Assembly (NCBI RefSeq): GCF_004010195.1
Contig: NC_057718.1
Coordinates: forward strand, 93,908,341 to 93,962,449
DNA from: Chiloscyllium plagiosum
Taxonomy: Eukaryota
Length of the DNA stretch: 54,109 nt
Direction of reading: 5' to 3'
Shown here: positions 23,190 to 36,172 of the stretch, piece after piece
Position numbering within the stretch: position 1 is the stretch's first letter
How the letters are laid out: every line of letters starts with the position of its first letter
The notes under the pieces: model-generated
Told to the model about the DNA's origin: nothing
The model's database searches: none
The model's input: only the letters and a program-made list of their open reading frames with translations
Made by a program: the position numbers and the translations under genes

Positions 23190-24165
23190 GAGTGGGCTAG
23201 TCAATATGTGGGGTGGCCGGGAGCTGGAGGGTCAAAGACTGGCCTGGGGGAAAGTGGGCTGGGCTGGGTTGGGGTGGGGGTGTCTGTTAGTATACAGGAT
23301 GGCTGGGGGCTAGGCAGCTGACAGCATGCCTGTAGGAAAGCTGGTTGGGGGGGAGACAGTCAGTACGTGGGCTGGCTGAGGGCTGGAAGGTTGATGACCG
23401 GCCTGGAGGAAAGTGGGCTGGGAGGAGCCTGTCAGTATGTGGAGTGGGAGGACCCAGGCAACTGAACGTCCCTGCAGGAAAGCTGGTATGGGCTAGGCCG
23501 GTCTGTACGCAGGGAGGCTAAGCCAAGTGGCTGATGGCAGCCCAGAGGAAGGCTGACTGGGGGAGGACCGGTCAGTATGCAGGGAGGCTGTGAGCTGGAC
23601 AGCCAATGGCCAGTCTGTAGGAACACTGGCCAGGAGAAAGGGTGAGTCAGTGGGACAGCCAGGTGCTGGAAGGCCGACAGCCCGACTGTAGGAAAGCAGG
23701 TTGGGGATGGTTTGGTGAGTACACGGAGTGACCGGGAGCCGGTGGCTGACGTCCGTCCCAGCGGAAAGTGGGCTGGGGAGGGTCAGTCAATAGGCGAACA
23801 TGAGGACTGCAGATGCTGGAGATTAGATTCGAGGGTGTGGTGCAGGAATGAAGGGCTTTTGCCTGAAATGTCAATTTTCCTGCTCCTCGAATGCTACCTG
23901 ACCTGTGTTTTTCCAGCATTACACTAGGGTCAGTCAATACGCAGGCTGCCAAAGACTGGAAGGCCAACAACCAGCTTGTTGGCAAGTGGTCTGGGGTAGT
24001 CCAGTCAGTATGCCAGGCTACTGGGGGCTGGCTGGTCGATGCCCAGCCTGAAGGAAAACAGGCCTCGAGAGGGTCAGTCAGTGCGCGGGGTGGCCAGAGA
24101 CAGGAAGGCTGACGACTGTCCTGTAGGAAGGCTAGCCAAGGACGGTCTGATCAGTATGTGGTGTG
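23190..24165 (+). repeat. Degenerate ~71-bp G-rich tandem array (about 12 units)
   Basis: GTCAGTA-like anchors at about 23200, 23286, 23359, 23431, 23501, 23571, 23642, 23715, 23786/23933, 24004, 24077, 24150. Confidence 0.8.
23793..23925. mobile_element. Penelope-derived short insert (family B)
   Basis: 14-bp TSD AGGGTCAGTCAATA at 23779-23792 and 23926-23939. Confidence 0.85.
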
Positions 24166-24459
24166 GACAGTGTCAGGTGTCTTTTTTTATATACAGCTAC
24201 ATTGGGTCTGTGTTCTATACACTGTTTCTGATTTGATTGCACTGTCTTGTCTGTGTTTGTTACTGTTATCTTTTGTGATGAACAGAAGTGGGATTTGAGG
24301 TTTGTCCTCCTCTCCCTGAAAACTGGTTGAACGGTGGGGTTTGTGGTTTGGCTTTGCTACCCTTTTCCCCTGTATATAGTGGGACTTTCTTTTTGTCAAC
24401 TGCTGTTTTCTGTTTATTGTCAATGTGTTTTGCACTATTTAATAAAATATTTTTAAAAA

Positions 24460-24590
24460 TGGAGATTCAGAAGGTCCCCTTAGTCTAGGGACTGGCTGGG
24501 AGCTAGCTGTTCAAAGCCCATGTACTCTACACATATAAATAAAGACAGACTTGGTGATGGGATACTGGCTGCTGTATAGCTTTTTTTTCA
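24460..24590 (+). mobile_element. Post-TATA half of a Gypsy-type LTR (AATAAA, ends ...TTTCA)
   Basis: GGAGATTCAGAAGGTCCCCTTAGTCTAGGGACTGG aligns with GAAGATTTAGAATCTCCTCAGTATAGGGACTGA at 22442. Confidence 0.6.
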
Positions 24591-26044
24591 GCCTGCTCCC
24601 ACACTGTAGGGATTCTATGAAATGTAGTAGCAGCTAATGAGGACCAACCATATACAGGTATATTAGTTGGATGGACAGGAAAAAGTTGCTGAGTTTAACT
24701 CTGACAATATCCATTTAATCCCCAAAATCCAAATCACTCCTGTCTATTACAGTCTTCAAGTTCTGGTGCAATTGTCCAAATTCAAATGGCTTGGACATTT
24801 ATAAAGCTTCTGTACTACTTGTGGCTGCTTTAAGCTACTATATGCAAATCTGAAATCACAGTATGCTAAAGCCTTTTGGTTTGTATTATTTCATTGGCTA
24901 TGCTCATAGCTCTTTCAAATGCCCATCTGGACGCTTAGCATTCTATTCCAGAAATTTTTGGTGAGGGATGATATTGGAGACAGTTTTACATCTATTTTCA
25001 GGATAAAATAATAAAAACAGACTTCCTATCTGAACCACACTCTTTTTGTCTGTTTGCATGTGCTCCGGTGAATCCCTAATAATTACCCACCACCTACATA
25101 GAATTTAAACCCAATCAGCGCACAATTCGTGCTTCAGTTCTATTTATGCCAGTATTGTCAAGCTGAGCAATTATGACATTCTGGGTCTGCCCTCTGGTGA
25201 CAAAAGATTTCCTTACTTTTCAAACTGTCTGATAAGAATCAATCTCAAAGTTGAGTCAATCTCCGCTATCCAAGATTGTGAAACAGTGGAGCTAGGCCTT
25301 CGTGTGGCTTTCGAAATCTCTCGCTGAGCAGCTGGATTCAGAAAACATGGCAATCAAGCCACTTGTTCATTGCTTGCCGGGAGTGAAATTGGACAATAGT
25401 ACAGATGCTCACTACTCAGGTAGCTTTTTGCCTGATGTGATTTCAATGCGGTACATACAAGGAAACCCAAATTTAGCCTTCAGACAAGATCTGTGCTTTT
25501 CACTACAGAAAGGGGTGGGGGTTTAATACCTACTTCTAAAGATAGAAAATACATTAACTTTTAATCCCCTCAAGGTCTAGGATGGAGAACCATTGTAGAA
25601 GACTCAGGAGAGCACAGATTGGGAACAAAACCTGATGGAACCTGTTCCAAAGAAAACACATCAGGAATTCCCACTATCAAAAGATGGGAGTTCAATCCCC
25701 CACCATTGAACCGGACACAATGCTAAAGTTGACGCCTGAGCCATGCTATATTGTTACATCCTTGCTCTTATATGTTACGGCTTTATAGAGCACACAGGCT
25801 TGTATGTGCATTTTTAACCACTTTCTCAGCTTGACCTTGTCTTTGACTGATTTGTGTTCACTTACTCCCAGACCTTTCTGTTCCTATGCCCACTGAGGAA
25901 TCGAACCCTCCATTTTGTTTCACCTCCTTTCATTCTTCCAACCAAACTGTATCACCTCACATATTCACTGCAGTAAATTTCATTTGCTTATGTTTGTTAC
26001 CATTTCACCAGCTAGTCTGTGTTCTCTTCAAGTCTTTTGTTCCC

Positions 26045-26330
26045 CTTTATTCTTTTACAGGATGTCAGTCGCTGGCAAGATTAGCATTTGATGTCCATCC
26101 CTAAACGCCTTTGAACTGAGTGGTTTGTTCAGTCGTTTCAGAACAGTAAAGAAACAACTATTTTACCGTAGGTCTGGAGTCACATGTAATCCAGCCCGAG
26201 ATAAGGATGGTAGATTTCTTTCCTTACATGAGTAAACAAGATGGTTTTCTGTCAATTATAGTTTTGTGGTCACCTTTACTGACACTAAGTTCCAATTCCA
26301 GATTTTATAAAGTGAATTATATTTTACTAG
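26045..26330 (-). mobile_element. SINE-like remnant (family of 4815-5135)
   Basis: GCATTTGATGTCCATCCCTAA...GGTCTGGAGTCACATGTA. Confidence 0.6.
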
Positions 26331-26392
26331 CTGCTGTAGAATGTGTGGACCCATCTCCCCATCCATCCCTTTGCTCCTCACAATTCACAATT

Positions 26393-26620
26393 GGGAGAAA
26401 GTGAGGATTGCAGATGCTTGAGATCAGAATTGTGTGGTGCTGGAAAAGCATAGCAGGCCAGGTAGCATCTGAGAAGCAGAAGAATCGATGTTTCGGGCTA
26501 AAGCCCTTCATCAGGAATTAGGCTTGTGGGCCAAGGGGGTAGAGAGAGAAACGGGAGGGGGAGGGGGCTGGGGCTTGGGGGGAAGGTAGCTGGGAATAGG
26601 TAGATGAAAGTGATAGTTTG
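26393..26620 (-). mobile_element. Penelope pLTR fragment (family B) with hammerhead motif at 26484-26517
   Basis: Minus strand CUGAUGAAGGGCUUUAGCCCGAAACAUC. Confidence 0.75.
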
Positions 26621-26789
26621 GGATATGCAGACGTGGTAGGTTTGCCATGGGAAATGTGGGATTAAAGTGGGGGGGGGTTGGATCTAGGTGGAATGCTCTT
26701 CGGAGGGTCAGTTGGGCTGAATGGCCTGCTTCCACACTGTAGGGATTCTATGATCTATCAGCTATTAACGAAACCATAAGGAACTTTTT

Positions 26790-27560
26790 TTGATTTTTGT
26801 AAATAGAGGCTGAATACAAAAGTTATTCTCAATCTTCAAAAAAATTCATTCAGCCTTAACTTTAAATATTGTGCTTTATTCTGGATGCAACATTGTAGGA
26901 AGGGCACAAATACTTTGATCATGGTTCCAAAGCAATTAACTAGAATGGTTCCAGCAATGGTACAGTTTCATGATTGACTGAAGAAGCTGCAATTGTTCTC
27001 CTTTTTAAGCAAAAATGGTTCAGTAGAGATTTGATTGAGATGTTTAGAATCATAGTCAAAAAGTGTGGTGCTGGAAAAGCACAGCTGGTCAGGTAGCACC
27101 CAAGGAGACAGATAGTTGATGTTTTAAGCATAAGCTCTTCATCAGGAATGTTTGATCTCCTGCTCCTCAGATGCTGCCTGACCTGCTGTGCTTTTCCAGC
27201 GCCACACTTTCTGACTCTGATCTCCAGCATCTGCAGTCCTCACTTTCTCCATGTTTAGAATCATGAAGGGTTTAGACAAAGCAAATGACATTTCGATAAC
27301 CAGAGGACACAAATTTAACATGATTTCACAGCATGTGGAATCATATTTGGAGTACAGTGAGCAGGAGAAACAGATTTAATTGTCACATTCAAAAAGAAAT
27401 TGGATGGGAAATAGTTGAAAGGTAAAGAATTGCAGGGTATGGGGAGAGAGCTATGCAGTGGGATGAACTGGCTAGCTCTTCAAAAGAGTTGGCACAGAAC
27501 CAATGAGCCAAGAGATCATCTTCTGTACTATACTGTTTTATTTTGTTTCTATGGGCATCT
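26790..27560 (+). mobile_element. Old CR1 3' fragment with nested fold-back insert 27054-27250
   Basis: Degenerate CR1 motifs; TSD ATGTTTAGAATCAT at 27040-27053 and 27251-27264. Confidence 0.7.
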
Positions 27561-28694
27561 AGAATGGTTCTGGTCATCGCAGAGTATAGAACATAGGCAA
27601 TGGTGCTACCAAATGGGACAGTTGATAAACATCCTGAGAAGAATAATTTGAATGCTTTTTTTAAATGTGAAATACAACTGACAGGCAGGGAAGAGAAGCA
27701 CTGCTTTGATAGTATCTCACATAGCAGCAAAAAGAAATCTGAGCACTGCACCTCTTCCCATGAATTACACCAGGTGTCTTGATCCTCACTGATCCAGTAC
27801 TTGACCCACAGGAGGCAATAACTCTACCATTGACCCTTTCACAGAATGTGGGGTGACTGGCCAGTAGCTTATTCCCAGGCACCTAAGTCAACCCCATGAT
27901 GTTAAACACACTCTTGTGCCCAACTGCCATCTACATTATTCTTTTTTCCCCCCCCCAGCTCCAATTCACACCTGTCACCACTCTTGCTCATCAGATACTA
28001 TTTCCATTCACTGTTTGCCCACTTCCCAATGGGATCCCCCTTCTTTGAGGATCTGGGCAGCTTTACTGATCTTATCAGAGTTCTCTGGCCTGGAATCTCT
28101 GGCAGCATCTACATTTTGATCTCTTGGATGTCACTCATGCCTTGGTTGACAAGGTATACCCACTGCTCGACATAAACTGGATCCCTAATGCGGTCAAGGC
28201 AAAAGGAACTGAATTTCTTCATGCTGATAGAATTGTAAAGGCCTGTTGGAGGTTGTATTCTGACTTGGCCGTATGTGAAACCCCCGGTTTGATTAGAATT
28301 TGCCTTCTTTGCGTCCTAGCCCATTCCTTTGCCATCCTACGTGACTCCTGGTTACAAATAGAATGAGCAAGTAATTTAATATCCTTTTTGAAGTCTTGCA
28401 AAGTCAGACACTCAGTCATTGATATGCCTTGTGAAAACTGCTATGAAAAGGGAAGTACCAGTCATTCTAACTCCACTTTGGGTGACTATATCAGGTGTGT
28501 TGGACTGGAATGGTTATGATCTCACCTTAAAGTGTTCCTTTGATCGTTATTTTCAATGAAGTGGTCAAACATGTCCTAAAAAGGCATGAGACATATCAAT
28601 GGGGAGTAATTCTCCGAAAGAGATTCTCTCTCTTTTTGATCATAGCATAGAGCTGTCAACTCTGAATGTATTCTTGAAGAGTTGATCACTTGAC

Positions 28695-29530
28695 GTAGAG
28701 CCATAGAGATGGACACCACAGAAACAGAGTCTTTGGTCTGATTTATCCATGCCTACCAGATATTTTAAATTAGTCCAGTCCTGTTTGTCAACATTTGGCC
28801 TATATTCCTCTTAAACCCTTCCTATTTGTATACCCATCCAGGTGCTTTTTAAATGTTGTATCGGCCGCCTCCTCCTCCCCGTGTCTGTGTGGGTTTCCTC
28901 CCAGAGTCCAAAGATGTTCAGGTCAGGTGGATTGGCCATGCTAAATTGTCCGTAGTGTTAGGTGCATTAGTCAGAGGGAAATGGGTCTGGGTGGGTTACT
29001 CTTCGGAGGGTCGGTGTGGGCTTGTTTCCACACTGTAGGGAATCTAATCTAATCTAAACCACCTCTGGCAACTCATTCCAGACACATCCCACCCTCTGCA
29101 TGAAAATGTTGCCCCTTAGGTCCCTTTTAAATCTTTCCCCTCTCACCTTAAATCTATACCCTCCAGTTTTGGGCTCTTCTACCCCAGGGAAAAGACCTTG
29201 ACTGTTTATCCTATCCATGCCCCTCATGATTTTATGAACCTGTAAGGTCACCCCTCAGCCTTCAACGCTCCAGGGAAAACAGCCCCAGCCTATTCAGTCT
29301 CTACCTATAGCTCAAACCTTCAACCCTGGCAGCATTCTTGTAAATCTTTTCTGAACCCTTTCCAGTTTCACAACATCATTCCTATAGCAGGGAGTCAAGA
29401 ATTGAACAGTATTCCAAGAGCAGCCCAACCAATGTCCTATACAACTGCAGCCAGACCTCCTAATTCTTATACTCGCTGCATTGACCAATGAAGGCAAGCG
29501 TACCTTCACGATCCTGTCTACCTGCGACTT
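28695..29530 (-). mobile_element. CR1 3' fragment with nested HE1-type SINE piece (about 28870-29055, +)
   Basis: KLERVQKRFTRMLPGL; KIMRGMDRINSQGLFP. Confidence 0.85.
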
Positions 29531-30564
29531 GTCTCAGAGGCAGCTTTGGTTGCTCAGCACATACAACTTGTGATGCACTCCTATCTGCATCAAATTAGGA
29601 AGGAAAGACTCAATTAATAAAGGTCAGCCCAATAGGCAATTTTCCCATTTTTCAATATTTTTATTGTCTTGGTCTAAGTGGAACATTCAAAGAAAATGAC
29701 AAAGAAATCGATTGTCTTAAATGTTGCACATTTTTCTCCAGAGTTGCACACTGCAGCGTCCTGGACCATGAGTCTTCAATCCTTAGCGACACGAGGCCAT
29801 GCTTGGAGGAGTTGGGAACCCTATCATAGCAACCGAGGCAATTGTTTTCCCCTCGGTTTTTAAAAAAAAATGTCAAAATAAGCTGCTGGAATTTTTGCAG
29901 CTTAAACAATTGAAATAAAACAATGTCGCTAATAATTGATTCCCAATATACCACAAGGATAGCACAAATTTTAGCATCATTGGTACTCATTTTGATGTGA
30001 TTGTGTAAGAATCTTAAAAAAACATGCTTGGGCATTTAACCTTTAGATTTAAACCCATCACTGCTGATAAATAATACTGCTGCAATAAAATGCTCATGCC
30101 ATCCTGAGTCCAAGGCCATCTTTAGACAAGGTTCTTTCTAATCATTGTTCTTGTCAGTCAACAAATGGCTCATTCAGTTAATCTGTCACTTCGGAATGAG
30201 TGCTCTCCCCAGAATTAACCTGGAAGAGAAGTATTGTTTATCCCAATATATCAGCCATCAGGTGACCAATGTGAGGTCAAACTAACCTTTTGATCCCCAG
30301 GGCCTAACATTCCCAAATTAATTGTTGTCCAGCAGCTGACCTGTGACTCAGAATGATCTGGGTTTCCTCTTATGTTCTCTGCCCTGATTTTAACATGGGT
30401 TTGCATCTGCAACAGGAGCTGAATGGGTCAAGGGAAATCTATCAACTCCTTCAACATTATTAGAAAACCTGGCTCAAAGCTTAAATGTCAGTTTCACATC
30501 TCAGTCAGTGACCCACTCTCCTCTGAAATCCAAGGTTCCCAGTTTGACTCCTGTGTTAGATCTG

Positions 30565-30795
30565 TGCAGTGGCTCAGTGGTTAGCACTGCTGTCTTTCAG
30601 TGCCCAGCGATCTGAGTTTGATTCCATTCTTGGGTGACTGTCTGTCTGTGTGGAGTTTGCATGTTCTATCAGTGTTTCCTCCCCCAGCCCAAAGATGGGT
30701 AGGTTAGTTGGATTGGTCATGGGAAATGCAGGGTGATTCAGTGGGATGCTCTTCAACGGGTCAAATGGCCTACTTCCACAGTATAGGGGTTCTTT
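30565..30795 (+). mobile_element. HE1-type SINE
   Basis: GTGGCTCAGTGGTTAGCACTGCTG head. Confidence 0.85.
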
Positions 30796-31315
30796 GATTT
30801 TTATCTTGAGGGCAACAAACTTGGGCTGAGGCACCAGTGTTGTGAAACAAGAGGTGCCATCCTTTAGATTTAGGTATCCAGCACTTCAACTGATGGATTT
30901 ATTATTGTCACATGTACCTAAGTACAGTGAAAGGTTTTGTTTTGCATTCAGTACAGGCAGCTCATACCATACAAAGTGCATTAGGATTAGACCAGAGCAA
31001 ACTATCTGTTCGGATGCTAAAGATCCCAAGTTATTGTTTCAAAGAAGAGCAGCAAGTTATCCCCTGTGTTGTATCTAATGCCTATTCCTTAATCCGCATC
31101 ATAGGAAACAGATTACTTGACCATTGTATGTGAGCATTTGCTAAGTCCAACTAGCTGCTGAGCTAACTTGAATTAGTTAGACCACTGTTACAACCTAGCC
31201 AGGGGGAGTGAATATTTCCTCCTTTTCCCCACAATTTTCTCTTTCATCCAAAGGGCAACATTTTCATACAGAGGGTGGTGCCTGTATGGCATGAGCTGCC
31301 AGAGGAAGTGGTGGA

Positions 31316-31525
31316 TTAGCTTCCCCACCGTTTGAAAACAGGCCTTTCGGCCCAAGACGTCCAAACCGATCCTCCAGAGTATCCCACCCAGACTCATTCC
31401 CCTATCCTATGTTTTCCCCTGACTAATGCACCTAACGCTATGGGCAATTTAGCATGGCCAATTCACCTGGCCTGCACATCTTTGGATTGTGGGAGGAAGC
31501 TTGTGCAGACACTGGGAGAATGTGC
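31316..31525 (-). mobile_element. HE1-type SINE 3' part
   Basis: GGCAATTTAGCATGGCCAATTCACC reverse body. Confidence 0.8.
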
Positions 31526-31946
31526 CTGTCCAATATTTCACAACTTGAACTGCAGAGGTCAAAACTAAACCCAGGGCAATATGGATTGAGTGGGTGTGCG
31601 GGCTTGCAAATTTAGAAAGAGATATGACTTCTCCTTGAAGACATTTTTCCAGAAAATTTCAACACTTTACATTATCTAGCAGTTTGCAGTTTATTATAAT
31701 TTTGCCTTTCTGATGTTAATTATCTCATATAAAATGCAAACATTTGTGTGGGCATTGTGAGTTTGCTGGAACCAGTTTTTTCCATTGGCAATTTTAATGG
31801 TATATTGAGTTGTGAAGTTTAAAACAACAGCATACCAAGACCAGTGATGTGGGTCTGAAAAGGTTAATACAGAGGATAGCCATAAACTCCACCTGCAAAT
31901 ACTGTTATATGTACTCCTAGAGAGAGAGCATCTTTGGATTGTTAAG

Positions 31947-32310
31947 GGGGAGACAATGACCTAGTGGTATTATCACTGGACTGTTAAGCCAGGGACTCGG
32001 GTAATGCTCTGGGGACATGGGATTGAATCCTGCTCTGGGAAATGGTGGAATTTGAATTCAATAAAAAAACTGGAATTAAGAGTCTAACGATGTCCATTGT
32101 TGATTTGTTGGAAAAGCCCCATCTGGCTCACTAAAGCCCCTTTTAGAGGAAGAAACAGCCATCTTTACCTGGTCTGGCCTACATGATTCCTGATCCATAG
32201 CAATTGGATGACTCTTAACTACCCTCTGGGGCAATTAAGGATGGGCAATAAATGCTGGCCCAGCTTGCCATACCCTCACCACCCCCCCCCCTTCCCCATG
32301 AATGAAAGAG
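31947..32310 (+). mobile_element. tRNA-derived SINE-like element
   Basis: CTAGTGGTATTATCACTGGACT head; similar to 4815-5135. Confidence 0.7.
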
Positions 32311-32614
32311 TGAGAGCTAACTTCTGGTCATTCTCAAAGTCTCTGTCACAATGTCCGTTCATATCAACGTAACCTGTACCAAGTTACCAACATGTAATCA
32401 ACTGAATCACCGAATTATTACGAGACAGAAGGAGGCCATTCAGCCCATTGTGTCTGCACTGATTCTAAATAATGTGAATCAGCCTGATCAGAGTGGTATG
32501 AGCTACCTCTGGAGCAGTTGGGACTTGAACTCAGATTTTCTAGCCCAGAGGTAGGGACTCCACCCTTTTCCTACTTTTCCCATATCCCTGCACATCACTT
32601 CTATTCAAACTGTA

Positions 32615-32937
32615 TTATAGAATCCCTACAGAGTGGAAGCAGGCCATTCGGACCATTGCATCCATACCATCCCTCTGAAGAGCATCCTACTCTGAACCAC
32701 CCCCCCTACCCGATACCTGTAACCCTGGCTAACTCCCCTAGCCTGTACATCTCTGGGCATTATGGGCAACTTAGCATGGTCAAACCACCTAACCCCACAT
32801 CTTTGGACTGTGGGAAGAAACCAGAGCACCGAGCAAACCCACTCAGACAATGTCCAAATTCCACATAGCCACCAGAGGGTGGAATCCTACCTGGTGCTGG
32901 GAGGCAGCAGTGCTAACCACTGAGCCACTGTGCTGCC
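32615..32937 (-). mobile_element. HE1-type SINE
   Basis: GGCAGCAGTGCTAACCACTGAGCCAC reverse head. Confidence 0.88.
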
Positions 32938-33699
32938 TGTGAGCTAGAAGAGCCTCTTCTAGTTAGACCAGGAAGTGGTTTTCCTCTATCAGCAGTCTCT
33001 GTTTCCTACACTTCAACTGGACGGTGACAGCAACAGTCATTATGAGCAATAGTTCTCACAGCATAGTGAGTCTGCATGTCTGTTCAACCGGAGGCTTGCA
33101 ATATTGGCTGCTTGATTGCAATCCCACCGCTGACTCCAAGGGTCCAGGAAGGTCTCTGATCCCAGAATCTAAGGAACTGTAACCACAGAAGGGATCAGCT
33201 GAGCAGAGAGACCCAGAGCTGCGACCAAGAGAAATGAGGATAATTTAGTTGCTCAATTGGCACCAGTGGCTCCCAGAGTATTGAAAAAAATTGTGCACTC
33301 AGCAAACTCTACAGATATTGGTTACCATTGCAATTAATTTTCTCAGCTGATGGTAATAACCTCTTCGTAAGAGGGGGCAATGCTGCAACTATTCCAGCTT
33401 TTTTTTTTGGAACAATTTTCCAATGCCAGTTGCGTTCGCACTTGTAGTTGTTTTTCTCTTTTTTATTTGACAGCTGCAGAAATTCACCTGCCTCATGACA
33501 AATTCTCCCATAGCAACCTTGCTGCAGTCAATAAAACAGACAGCCCGAAATAATTGATTCAAATGATCTTTTGTCACAGACTTAACAAAACGGAGCCAAC
33601 TACTTAATTTCCACTTTTCCAAAGCTTGGATGTTGTTCATGATCAGGTTAGCAAAGGAAATCAATACAAGGTTAGAGACACAGAATGTCACTAAAGAAG

Positions 33700-34270
33700 C
33701 ATTGAGTATAGGGGCTGGGGGGCCATGTTGTGGCTGTACAGGACATGGGTAAGGCCACTTTTGGAATACGGGTGTTCAATTCTGGTCTACCTGCTTTAGG
33801 ACAGATGTTGTGAAACTTTAAAAGGGTTCAGAACAGATTTACAAGGACGTTGCCTGGTTTGGAGGGTCTGAGCTACACAGGAAGGCCTTATAGGATGGGG
33901 CTACTTTGCTGGATTGAGAGGCTACCTTATCGAAATTTATAAAATCATGAGGGACATGGATACAGTGAATAGCTAAGATCTTTTCCCCAGGATAGGGGAG
34001 ATCAAAACTAAAGGGCATAGTTTTAAAGTGAGAAGGGAAAGATTTAAAAGGGACAACGTCTTCCTGTGGAGGGTGGTGCGTGTATGGTATGAGCTGCCAG
34101 AGGAAGTGGTGGAGGTTGGTACAATGACAATATTTAAAAAGCATCCGAATGGGTATATGAACAGGAAAGGTTGAGGGATACAGGTAAAATGCTGGCAAAT
34201 AGGACTCGATTAATTTAGGATATCTGGTTGGCATAGACATGTTGGAGTGAAGGGTATGTTTCCATGCTGC
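33700..34270 (+). mobile_element. CR1 3' fragment
   Basis: Similarity to other CR1 copies (GAGCTGCCAGAGGAAGTGGTGGAGG). Confidence 0.85.
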
Positions 34271-34429
34271 CCTTCTAGCATCAGTTAATGGGAACAGCTT
34301 TTGTTTATCTACCTGATAACAATCCATCATAATTTTGCACACTTAATTGCTTTTCATACATGATGATGAAGCTTTTCATCTTGCAGTCTTTACGCAAGTA
34401 ACCAAACTTGGAAAGGTAACACTAATTAA

Positions 34430-34780
34430 TCAGGGGCATGGATAGGGTAAATAGACAAAGTCTTTTCCCTGGGGTGAGGGAGTCCAGAACTAGAGGGAAT
34501 AGGTTTAGGGTGAGGGGAAAAATTTGAAAGGGACCTAAGGAGCAACTTTTTCATGCAGGTGGTAGTGCATGTATGGAATGAGCTGCCCGAGGAAGTGGTG
34601 GAGGCTGATACAATTAGAACATTTTAAAACACATCTGGATGGATACATGAATAGGAAGGATTTAAAAAGATGTGGGCCACTTTCTGGAAAATAGGACTAG
34701 ATTAGGTTAGGAAATCTTATCAGCATGGATGAGTTGGACTGAAGATTCTATTTCCATGCTGTACATTTCTGACTCTGAGG
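34430..34780 (+). mobile_element. CR1 3' fragment
   Basis: GGAATGAGCTGCCCGAGGAAGTGGTGGAGG. Confidence 0.85.
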
Positions 34781-34884
34781 TTACTGAATTATTTAGTGCA
34801 ATCAGAATTATTCAATGAGTGCTCTGTGCTTTACAAGCCCAAGCTGCCTGTTATGAACATACAAACGAATATAATATTTGATGT

Positions 34885-34980
34885 GAGTCGAGAGTGGGGT
34901 GCTGGAAAAGCACAGGAGGTCAGGCAGCATCCGAGGGGCAAGAGAATCGATGTTTCGGGCACAAGTCCTTCATCAAGAAT
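34885..34980 (-). mobile_element. Penelope pLTR fragment (family B)
   Basis: GCTGGAAAAGCACAG...GTTTCGGGCACAAGTCCTTCATCA. Confidence 0.75.
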
Positions 34981-35487
34981 TCTCATTGGACAACATTTGC
35001 TGAATAATTTTATCTGAAGAATTACATTTGCAAATCAATTTTAGATTATCGGAACTTCTCATGCCAGAGGCTACATACATAGTACAGGAAGCTGTGTGTC
35101 AATATTGGTGAAAGGAACTTGTCCATGCATTGCACAGGTTTCATTCAGAATGGGCTTGGGGAGACTACCAGTCCTTGTTTCATTCCCTTGGAAACACTCT
35201 GACCAATCAGTATCTACTGGCCTGGTCTGGGTTGATTGATCGTTATAACATCCCTTTGGAACTCCATACCAGCCATGGACCAACCCTCTTCCCAAACTGT
35301 TTAAATTTACTTTCCAAGTTTGGTTTTTGTGTCAGTTCTGATGCGAGCAAGCCAGAAAGCTTTGTGTCTCTTTCCAGAAATGTTTAGATTTTGTTCACAA
35401 CCATCAAATCTGCCCTCAATCTCCTTCTCCAAGCAAGCCACATTCTCTAATTACTGTTGACTCTTGCTGAAGCAATGGGTCACCTAT

Positions 35488-35595
35488 GAATGCTGGAGTC
35501 TAGATTAGAGTGGTGCTGGAAAAGCACAGCAGTTCATGCAGCATCCGAGGAGCAGTAAAATCGAAGTTTTGGGCAAAAGCCCTTCATCAGGAATA
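35488..35595 (-). mobile_element. Penelope pLTR fragment (family B)
   Basis: GGGCAAAAGCCCTTCATCAGG. Confidence 0.75.
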
Positions 35596-35629
35596 CAGAG
35601 TCTACCATAACAATGACACGGAATCGTAG

Positions 35630-36172
35630 ACAGATAGGATAGTGAAGAAGGCGTTTGGTATGTGCCTTTATTGGTGAGTGCATTGACAATAGAACTTTTG
35701 GATACTGTTTAATTCTTGTCTCCTCACTAAAAGTGGCTATGAAATTTTGAAGGGGTTCAGAAAGGATTTACGAGGATTTAGCTCTATAGGGAGAGGCTGA
35801 ATAGGCTGGGGCTATTTTCCTTTGAGCGTCAGAAGCTGAGGGGTGATCTTAGAGATTTATAAAATCATGAGAGGCAAGAATAGGATAAATAGACAATGGA
35901 TTTTCCTTGGGGTGGGGGAGCCTAGAACTAGAAAGCATAAGTTTAGGGTGAGAGGGGAAAGATTTAAAAGGGGCAACCTTTTCATGAAGATGGTGGTGCA
36001 TGTATGGAATGAGCTGCTGGAGGAAGTGATGGGGATTGGTACAATTGCAGCATTTAAAAGGCATCTGGATGGGTACGTGAATAGGAAGGGTTTAAAGGGA
36101 TATGGGCCAAATGCTGGCAAATGGGACTAGATTAATTTAGGATATCGGGTTGGCATGGATGGGGTTGGAACA
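35630..36172 (+). mobile_element. CR1 3' fragment
   Basis: EIYKIMRG...VWNELLEEVMGIGTIAAFKRHLDGY. Confidence 0.88.

Larger units (their letters stand above)
22511..24459 (+). mobile_element. Probable L1/Tx1-type 3' UTR-like element containing degenerate tandem arrays
   Basis: T-rich 3' part ending AATAAAATATTTTTAAAAA; internal ~155-bp and ~71-bp degenerate repeats; no ORF. Confidence 0.45.
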
